Assembly (NCBI GenBank): GCA_964016885.1
Contig: OZ024741.1
Location: 334,180,001-334,244,000, forward strand
Direction: 5' to 3'
From: Eledone cirrhosa
Taxonomy: Eukaryota
DNA: 64,000 bases
Shown here: positions 52,651 through 64,000 of the stretch, one piece after another
Position numbering within the stretch: position 1 is the stretch's first letter
Layout: every line of letters starts with the position of its first letter
Program-made: the position numbers and the translations under genes
Notes under the pieces: model-generated
Databases searched by the model: none
Seen by the model: the letters and a program-made list of their open reading frames with translations, nothing else
What the model was told of the DNA's origin: nothing

Positions 52651-53762
52651 GAAAAAGTTTGTCCTCATCAGTGGCCTTCCAACCGTCGTAGGCATTTCGT
52701 CGCATTAAAGGTCATATACCTCAGGTTGGTGCGAGCAACGGCTAAAAAAAGTCGTTGGGACACGTAAATAAAGGGGACGCTAGGGTAAACAAACAAAATG
52801 GTTTAAGCAACAGAAAGTGATGAAGAAGAAAGAAACAAGTCCCAGATTTCTATGAATATAAATTCGGTGGAATCGTGAACGAGAGAATAAAGACCATCAA
52901 ACCTGGTTGAAATGTGAGCAAGGAAGGAATTTCGCACAGGTCTAACGGGAGGAAGAAGGGGTCTAGTCTGCGAATTCGGTAAACATAAGTTCTGTGAAGT
53001 CGCAGACGAGAGAGAGAGAAAAAAATTCATACCGGCTTGGTCAAGTGCCCGCGAGAAAAGGATTACGGACAGGTCAAACGGGAAGAAAGGGGAGGAGGAG
53101 AGGTAGTGACAGAGAAAGAGTGAGTGAAAGGTGAGGAAGAGGCTAACAGAGAGAGAGAGAGAGACTGCTAGAAAGGGTAAAGACACAAAGAACGAAACAG
53201 ACTAGTGGCAGCGGAGGAAAAAATATATGTGTAAATATGTTTTTTATATATATTTACCTCGCTGCGTTTGTCTGTTTCTCTCTTACTGCTTCCCCACTCT
53301 CTCTGTTTCTCTCACCTTCTTTCGCCCTCTCTGTCAGTTACACTTTCTCTCGACTGACCTCTTCCTCACACTTCCACTCACTCACTCTCTGTTTCTCCCC
53401 TTCTCACTTCCTCCCGTTTAGCTTGTGTGGTTCTCTTCTTGCTCACATCTCACACACATCAACACGGTCTGTACCTCTCTCGCTCATGAAATCCACCCAG
53501 ATTATGCTGACCGGACAACCATGTTGCTTGTTTATTTTCCTATCACCGGTTTGCTTTTATCCTTATATGTTGTTTACTTGTCCCCCTCGCCTTACGCGAA
53601 TTCTGGTCCCAATAACTTTTTTAAGTTATTGCTCGCACCAACCTGAGGTATCTGATATTTAATGCGATGAAATACCAATGATGGTTGGAAAATCACTGAC
53701 GAAGGACTATTTTTATCATATGTAACCCATGTGCAAACCACGCAGTATTCTTCTTTATTCTC

Positions 53763-53768
<6 letters not shown>
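52651..53768. repeat. Diverged ~1.1-kb fold-back (centre ~53240), probably an old PLE 3' region
   Basis: ATACCTCAGGTTGGTGCGAGCAA (~52716-52738) / TTGCTCGCACCAACCTGAGGTAT (~53629-53651), and further inner matches; flanked by (TA)n. Confidence 0.7.
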
Positions 53769-53833
<65 letters not shown>

Positions 53834-53838
53834 GTATG

Positions 53839-53909
<71 letters not shown>

Positions 53910-53914
53910 GTATG

Positions 53915-53957
<43 letters not shown>

Positions 53958-53994
53958 GTGGTGGTTGTGGTATTGTTGTTGATTGTAGTCGTGT

Positions 53995-54050
<56 letters not shown>

Positions 54051-54052
<2 letters not shown>

Positions 54053-56820
54053 ACATGTTGGACAACATTGTGATGGCTATGACGGAATCCATGGAGGCTA
54101 TGGGTTTGGTACTAGAAATGAGGAAGGCTCCAGAATCTTGGAATTCTGTGACGCAAATAACCTAACTATCTGTAACACTAACTTCAAAAAACGAGACAAT
54201 CACTTGATCACCTATAGATCAGAGGAACACGCCAGTCAGATAGATTATATCCTTACCAGAAGACGTGATTGAGTGTCTGTTGAAAACACTAAATCCCTCC
54301 ACCATGAAGAATGCACCTCCCAACATAGACTCATAGTCAGCGACCTCATAGTCAGGACAAGACGTACTCAACAACAGAGGAGGACTAACCTCAGGAGAAA
54401 AATATGGGATCTAAAGGACCCCACAGCCAGTAATAAATTTAAAAGCATATTAATTGATGCCTTTGACAGTAAGGAAGAGCAATTAGAGTCGTACAATATA
54501 GAGGAACAGTGGGAATTCCTGAAAGCTAACCTGCTGAAGGCGGCAGATGATGTCTGTGGCTGGAGCAGGCTTATAGGCAGGAGGAGAGTAACATGGTGGT
54601 GGAACAGTAAGGTGGAGGAGTCAATTAAAGCCAAAAAGCAGGCTTGGAAAGTATGGCAGGATGGGGGAAGTAGAGAAGACTATCAAGTGGCCAGGAGGTA
54701 GGCTAGGAGTTAAGTGTACTTTGCAAGAAGGAAAGCAGAGGAAAGAAAGTTCAAGCATGTTCTACAACGCGAGGACCAAAAACGTGAGATGTTCAGGATT
54801 GCTAGGAAATGTGTCAAGGAAAACCGTGATATTGTCCTTAATGATGATGGTGTACATGCCATCACTGACGCTGATAAGAAGGTAGCTTGGAAGTGTCACT
54901 ACGAAAGGCTACTAAATGAGGAGAATAATTGGGAGAAAGACAGTCTCCCCCACATCGATCCAATAGAGGGACCAGCAGTGTTAGTCGAAGGTAGTATAAT
55001 AAGTAAAGCAATCAAAGATATGAAGACGGGTAAGGTGGCTGGGCATTCGGAAATAGTTGCTGAAATGCTGAAAGCATCTGGAACGGTGGGACACACTATA
55101 GTCACTCGGATAGTAAACCAAGTCATACAGAATGTGGTCGTTCCGAAGGGACTGGCCTAGCAGCATCATCATTAACTGCTACAAGGGTAAAGGAGATGCC
55201 CTAGATAGGGGTAACTATAGAGGCATTAAATTAATCGACCAGGTCATGAAGGTCACAGAAAAAGTAATAGCGCAACTAATCAGAGAGCGAATTGATCTAG
55301 ATGAAATGCAGTTCGGGTTTCTGTCAGGTAAAAGTACCACAGACGCTCTTTTCATTGTACGACAACTACAGGAGAAGAACCTAGCTAAAAGTAAACCCCT
55401 ATACTTAGTTTAGCGTAAAAGTTGGTGTTCATCAGGGCTCCGTTCTTAGCCCCCTACTATTTATTATTGCCCTCCAGGCTATAACAGTGGAGTTCAAGAC
55501 CGGCTGCCCATGGGAACTCCTATACGCAGATGATCTAACGCTCATAGCTGAATCAATGGCCGAACTAGAGAAGAAATTCCAATCATGGAAGCATGGCTTA
55601 GAATCAAAAGGCCTTAAAATTAACCTGTCTAAGACTAAAGTTCTAGTTTGTAGGAAGGAAAATAGGGCACCTGTCCTATTTGAGAAATGGCCATGCTCAG
55701 TGTGTAGGAAAGGAGTAGGCAGAAACTCCATTTTATGTCCCAAATGCAAAGTATGGGTGCATAAAAGATGTAGTGGGATCACAGGTAAGCTAACTAAGAA
55801 TATAGATTTTATATGTGGCCGGTGCTCTGGTGCAGTAAGTAGCAGCAAGTGCCCACAGAATACTAGCTCATTCCATTGCACAGATGGTTCTATAGAAATA
55901 GTGGACACTTTCCATTACCTGGGTGACAAAATCAGCAGTGGTGGACGGTGCTCTGAAAGTGCAGTAGTTAGAGTCAGAATGGGATGGAAAAAGTTCAGAG
56001 AGGTTATACCACTATTGGCCGCTAAAGGGTTCTCTCTAAAAATGAAAGGCAGGCTGTATGATGCCTGCATACGAATAGCAATGTTACATGGCAGTGAGAC
56101 CTGGGCATTGTGTGCAGAGGATATACGCAGACTGGAGAGGAATGAAGCTTGCATGCTCCGCTGGATGTGTAATAGTAATATACGTGAACGGCAAAGCATA
56201 AACAAACTAAGGGAGAAATTAGGAATAAGTGGGATCAGATGTTGTTTACTCGAGAGAAGACTACGTTGGTACGGTCATGTGATGCGCATGAAAGACGACA
56301 GCTGTATAAAAATGTGCAGGGCGATAAAAATAGACGGTAGCCACGGAGTAGGCAGACCCAGAAAAACATAGGACGACTTGATAAATTCCGACCTCACACA
56401 CTTACACCTCGCAAGACAATGTCACTGGACCGAGATCTTTGGCGCTACACAGTAATACAAAAGACCCGCCTTGCCTAAGTACAAAGTGAAACCTATAGTC
56501 AGTAGGCACCTCTAACAAAAATACACCCCCGTCCAACTACCACACCCCATCCACACCACCCCTTTCAATGTAAAGTTATGTTGGTACCACAACATCCAGT
56601 CCGAAACAAATGAGGTCATGTAGGTGTCACGACAAAAAAACACACAGTCCACGCTGTAATGTGGCCGTGTAGGTAACACGGTAAAAACCTCCCAGTCCAC
56701 ACTGTAAATGTGGTTAGTGTTAGGAAGGGCATCCAACCGTAGAAAACCCGCCAGACAGTCCTGTACGAGCAAGACAATCAATCTTACCTCAAGTGGGAGA
56801 ATTCCCGTCCAAACCCATGT
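54051..56820 (+). mobile_element. Decayed RTE LINE, second subfamily (stops, frameshifts, internal RT deletion near 55410)
   Basis: ORFs 54051-56371 are collinear with the 47801-50868 protein; jump from KPLYLV directly to [10 protein letters not shown]. Confidence 0.92.
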
Positions 56821-59294
56821 TATCAGAATAAAAATAAATCTAATAAAAAAATTATGAGAAGCTATCAGAATAAAAACAAATCTAATAAAAAATAAAAAAT
56901 AAAATGAATCTAATAAAAAAAAAAAAAATAAAAAAAAAATAAAATAAAATAAAATAAAATAAAAAAATAAAATGAATCTAATAAAAAAAATAAATAAAAA
57001 TAAAATAAAATATTATATCAATATAACTTAAAAAACAAGGATTCTACAGATATCAAAATATAAAAAAATTTAAAAAATTAAAAAAATGTTTAAAAATGTT
57101 TAAATATTATAGAATATTTTAAGCTAAAATAATATGTTTAGTATAGAAATTTATCTTACGTATATTTTATTCAAGATATTGAAAGGATAAACTTTTCTAG
57201 AATAGTTTATTATATTTATAATTATATTTATGAAGAAAATTTATACTTGGGTACTTAACCAAAGAAAATGAAAAATGTGAAGGAACCTAATGATTTATCG
57301 ACAGGTTTCATATATTAACTAAATTACTTAATTAATTAAACTACATTTTAAATTTATATTTATATTTAAACGTTGAGTTCAATCTATGTCTGCAGCAACT
57401 GAATAAATTATTCCTTAAATTAAGGGAATTTTTGGACTTTAATATAAAAAATATTTCCTCTATACAAAGATCACAATTTTCTGAAGAGGAATTAAAAGGA
57501 GTAGCTTATGAAATAATATTACAAATCAGCGAATATTCAACATTATCTCGTGTTAGGTCCCATAATAGGCTAGATAGCGAAGTTGAAGATTTTTTGTTTG
57601 GATCTGTAAAAGAATTTTTATGATTATTGAAGCAGGATTTAAATTCTGTAGAGGTAGAACCGACATAATTAAATGAATTTAAATTAGTTTTAACATTACA
57701 ATTATAAACTACATTTTTAGCTAAGCAGTTGTTATTTTTTTTTTTTTTTATTAGATTCATTTTATTTTTTATTTTTTATTTTTTATTATTTTTTTTTTTA
57801 TTTTTTTTTTTATTAGATTTGTTTTTATTCTGATAGCTTCTCATACTTTTTTTATTATATTTATTTTTATTCTGATAGCTTCTCATAATTTTCAAAAGTT
57901 TGACCTTTCAATATCTTGATTAAAATATATGTAAGATAAATTTCTATACTAAATATATTAAACATATTATTTTAACTTAAAATATTCTATAATATTTTGG
58001 GATATTTTAGTATTTTGATGTTTGTAGAATTCGTTTGCCTTTTAGGTTATATTGATATAATTATATTTCCAAGATATAATCCTTTTGTATTTTATATACT
58101 CAATTGTACTATGTAATATATTGATGTATACTTATGTCTATATACGGCTTATGTATCTATATATGTGTATTGACATACATATACATGTATTATATGCTTT
58201 TTTATGATTATATGTCTGTCTGTATATATGCATGAGTGACGCGTGTATACCAATTGGGTGAAGATGCACACCACACATATCTATTCATGTATAGGTAAGA
58301 ATTATGGGTGTGAATGTACAGGCTTACACATGCAGTTTTTGATTGCAGATATGCATAACTTAACAGCCATAAATGCATGAAAGTTAATCCTATATATTTA
58401 TATATATATATATATACTAAACATTTTTAATTAATAACACAAGGAATGTATAGCAATAAATAAAAATTCACTTATGATTTGTATGTATATGTTATATGCG
58501 GGAGTAAATATAATGTGTATTTTCCGAGCGTTTGTGTATATATATATATTTATGTATCTTTGCCTATGTGTACGTGATATACGATAGGTAATTTCTCTAG
58601 CAATATATATATTTGATAATGTTTAAATTGCAATTTTTAATATATTGATCTCAATTTTTAAACTAAATATCTAATCATAATTAAACAATGTGTAATTTCT
58701 CATATTATATATCTATATTCCATTCATGAATATTAATATTTCTAATTTTATTTATTCATTTCATCTCAATTGTTAAATCAACTTAATATGACATAATTTA
58801 AGGTTTTCGTTCTCTCCCCCCTCTCTCTATCTCTATATATCTCTCTCTTGAGTTTTTTTCTCTGTCTGATGGTTTGATATCTCCCCGTTATTTTCCTCTG
58901 TTCTCTTTTCTTTTTGCTTTCTTCTTTTTTTATCTATCTCTCCCTTTCTTTTCTCCACGTTTTTCTCTCTCTCTCCATCTTTTTACTTACTCTTAACACT
59001 ATGACTTACTAAACTAAACAAACCACTATCCTGATGGCCTCCAAAAGCAACGGTCACTTTCTAAAAGGGTACGTCAATGTCTATTTATAAAACTGTTATA
59101 TATTGTATATTGTCTGATGAAGGCATACCATAATTTAACTTGGTATCCTTGAAATATATATAATGAAATAAATATGGTTTTATAAATATAGTTTCCATTT
59201 ATTAATATCGTATACCTACTCCAAATATTTGTCGAGTGCTTTATATCAGTTATAAAAATATTTGCTTGTATCCCAACAATTTAAATAGAACTTT

Positions 59295-59298
<4 letters not shown>
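56821..59298. mobile_element. Rearranged Naiad-like PLE remnant: GIY-YIG fragment (- strand, ~57360-57735), inverted segments, and + strand 3' UTR ending in an HHR
   Basis: CLAKNVVYNC...YVGSTSTEFKS.FNNHKNSF...CDLCIEE..CCRHR; 56821-57000 inverts 57740-57875; 57010-57186 inverts 57903-58060. Confidence 0.78.
59106..59170 (+). ncRNA. Type I minimal hammerhead ribozyme
   Basis: UAUAUUGU-CUGAUGA(59114-20)-AGGCAUACCA/UGGUAUCCUU-GAAA-UAUAUAUA-AUGAAAUA. Confidence 0.72.
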
Positions 59299-60016
<718 letters not shown>

Positions 60017-60157
60017 TTTTCCGTAGTGTTGTAATATGAATATTACACACAGTAGAAGAACAGCTCACGTAGAGTTTGCTCGACGGTTCCAGTTGTAGTT
60101 TCAAAAGTAATCCGGAGAAAATAGAAGGATTTAAATGGATACAGTTCAGTTAAAATG

Positions 60158-60283
60158 AATTTATTGACACGTGTTTCAATAACAGTTACATAACCTAAAA
60201 ACAGCTGCTCTCTACAAAGTCTTAATTATGTAGACATTCAATATTTCAATGTTATTATCAACTGTCATTTCATCAGAATAATT
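60158..60283 (-). ncRNA. Type I hammerhead ribozyme with long stem II
   Basis: Mirror of 61602-61727. Confidence 0.8.
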
Positions 60284-61601
60284 TTATTGAGAACCTGTTT
60301 GGTTTTTATAGAGAATATTAAGAGGGAGGGGTGAAGTTGTTAGAAGAATAGTTAAGGGGGTGGATAGAGATTTTTTTGATAGCAGTGAGAATTTTTGGTA
60401 GCAGTGGGTAATTAGATTCCCATCTGTTGTTTTGACATTTTTATAGAATACATTATTTGGCGTTGGTTATTTTTCTAAATCTATAGAAGGATTAGAGATA
60501 GTAAAGATATGCATGGTTGGTTTTGTGTTTGCACTTAATTAACATACAGACTTAAATTTTTCTTTCAAGTGTACGTATCCGTTCGCCCACACATTCACAC
60601 ACAAACATATATGCACACCTCTACAAAATACATACACTCACATACACATACTTACATGCTCATAGTTACATACATATATACCTGCACACACATATATATA
60701 TATACATATATATACATATATACATGTACATACATACGCATTCATGTATATACATTTTCATACTCAACTTATCTTCATATACACACGTATAGGCACACAC
60801 ATATATACATACATACTCCTGTCTATGTGTATATATATATATACATATAAACACTTTAATACATGAATACACATACATCTAACTATACACATCAAACATA
60901 TATATATATTTACTTATTTATATACATTTTCACATATATATACATACATATGGTCGCTTTTTAGACACATTCATTATAGCATATTCGCACCTATTCACAT
61001 CCGCATATCTTTCCATTATTATTGTGGTAATTTGAGGTTATTAATATACATATATATGTTGAGAAGAGATTGTTTTTATATTTTTCTAACTAGATTGAGG
61101 TTTATATAGGTGTGTGTGGGGGGGGGGGGGTCCCTCTTTTATGTAATATTCAGCTTGTAGTGGGAAAAAAGGGTTTTAGTTCGGTGATGGCAGAATAATG
61201 TTCGTTCAATTCTGTTATTAAGCAATTTCTTCTTGTGTGTGATTATGTAATAAATCTCAAGATTACACAATTTGGAGAAATTTTGGTTCCTGGAAAAGCT
61301 TTGGGTTTTAGCTAATTTCTCCCATTTTAGGGTAAACTTTTGATCGCTATCCCTGAGCGTCCAAGCTTTTTCTGCTAAAGTTGTTACATTTCTTTGGCTC
61401 TGGTGTTTTATTGAGTAAGAATGCCTATATAATGTATTCTATAAAAATGTCAAAACAACAGATGGGAATCTAATTACCCTCTGCTACCAAAAATTCTCAC
61501 TGCTATCAAAAAAATCTCTATCCACTCCCTTAACTATTCTTCTAACAACTTCACCCCTCCCTCTTAATATTCTCTATAAAAACCAAACAGGTTCTCAATA
61601 A

Positions 61602-61727
61602 AATTATTCTGATGAAATGACAGTTGATAATAACATTGAAATATTGAATGTCTACATAATTAAGACTTTGTAGATAGCAGCTGTTTTTAGGTTATGTAAC
61701 TGTTATTGAAACACGTGTCAATAAATT
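61602..61727 (+). ncRNA. Type I hammerhead ribozyme with long stem II
   Basis: AAUUAUU-CUGAUGA(61609-15)-AAUGACAGUUG...UAACUGUUAUU-GAAAC-ACGU-GUC-AAUAAAUU; palindrome ACACGUGU. Confidence 0.82.
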
Positions 61728-61798
61728 CCTTTTAACTGAACTGTATCCATTTAAATCCTTCTCTATATATATATATATATATACATATACACACATAT

Positions 61799-63188
61799 AT
61801 CATCATCATCATCATCATCATCGTTTAACGTCCATGTTCCACGCTTGCATGGGTTTGGACGGGAGTTTTCCCACTTGAGGCAAGAGTGGTTGTCTTGCTC
61901 GCATAGGGCTGTCTGGCAGGGTTTTTTACTGTGTTGCCTACACGGCCACATTACAGCGTTGACTGTGTGTTTTTTTGTCGTGACACCTACACGATCTCAT
62001 TTGTTTCGGCCTGTATGTTGTGGCACCAACATAACTTTACATTGAAAGGGGCGGTGTGGATAGGGTGGGGTGGTGGGACGTTGGTGTATTTTGTTAGAGA
62101 TGCCTACTGACGGTAGTAGGTTTACTTTGTATTTAGGTAAGGCGGGTCTTCTCTATTACTGAGTACCGCCAAAGATCTCGGTCCAGTGACATTGTCTTGG
62201 AGAGGTGTAAGTGTGTGAGATCGGAATTTATCAGGACGTCCCAGGTTTTTCTGGGTCTGCCTACTCCGTGGCTACCGTCTATCTTTATTGCCCTGCACTT
62301 TTTTATACAGCTGTCCTCTTTCATGCGCATCACGTGACCATACCAACGTAGCCTTCTCTTGAGTAAACAACATCTGATCCCTCTTATTTCTAATTGTTCC
62401 CTTGCTTCGTTTATGCTTTGCCGTTCACGTATATTACTATTACACATCCAGCGGAGCATGCAAGCTTCATTCCTCTCTAGTCTGCGTATATCCTCTGCAT
62501 ACAATGCAATTCCCAGGTCTCACTGCCATGCAACATTGCTGTTCGTATGCAGGCATCATACAGCCTGCCTTTCATTTTTAGGGAGAACCCTTTAGCGGCT
62601 AATAGTGGTATAAGCTCTTTGAACTTTTTCCATCCAGTTCTGACTCTAGCTACTGTACTTTCAGACCACCCTCCCCCACTGCTGCTTTTATCACCCAGGT
62701 AACGGAAGCTGTCCACTATTTCTATAGAAACCTCTGCGCAATTGAAAGAGCTAGTATTTTGTGGGCACCTGCTGCTACTTATTGCATCAGAGCACCGGCC
62801 ACATCTATGTTCTTAGTTAGCTTACCTGTGATCCCACTACATCTTTTATGCACCCATACTTTGAATTTGGGACATAAAATGGAGTTTCTACCTACGCCTT
62901 TCCTACACACTGAGCATGGTCATTTCCCGGAAGGGACCGGCGCCTTATTTTCTTTCCTACAAACTAGAACTTTAGTCTTAGCCAGGTTAATTTTAAGGCC
63001 TTTCGATTCTAGGCCGTGCTTCCATGTTTGGAATTTCTTCTCTAGCTCGGCCATTGATTCAGCTATGAGCGTTAGATCATCTGTGTATAGGAGTTCCCAT
63101 GGGCAGCCGGTCTTGAACTCCACTGTTATAGCCTGAAGGGCAATAATAAATAGTAGGGGGCTAAGAACAGAGCCCTGATGAACACCAA
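61799..63188 (-). mobile_element. 5'-truncated RTE LINE (second subfamily)
   Basis: [36 protein letters not shown]; (GAT)n tail. Confidence 0.92.

Positions 63189-64000
<812 letters not shown>

Overview
Very AT-rich, repeat-dense animal DNA. It is probably a cephalopod such as Octopus; this is an inference from the (TA)n seas, RTE LINEs, tRNA-derived SINEs and Penelope-like elements. No host gene could be firmly identified, and most ORF-track entries are microsatellite artefacts. The window is dominated by (i) Penelope-like elements (PLEs; RT + GIY-YIG), mostly 5'-truncated, often in fold-back (inverted 3'-end duplication) arrangement, ending in (TA)n and carrying type I hammerhead ribozymes (HHRs) near their 3' ends; (ii) RTE-clade LINEs, one of them a single homopolymer base away from an intact ~1,020-aa APE-RT ORF with a PHD-like finger, plus dependent SINEs; (iii) mini/microsatellites and two probable MITEs. 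The standout is a 12.4-kb array (12167-24552) of ~20.7 near-identical 597-bp non-coding units. Each of 21 copies carries a non-canonical hammerhead with core UUGAUAA (compensated U3-A8 swap), a palindromic stem III and a GUC cleavage site. The array has PLE-style ends: an inverted 5' fragment and a 3' end 76 nt past the last ribozyme running into (TA)n. It looks like a large retrozyme-like, circRNA-producing element mobilised by PLE machinery. All ribozyme calls were made by eye and are untested.
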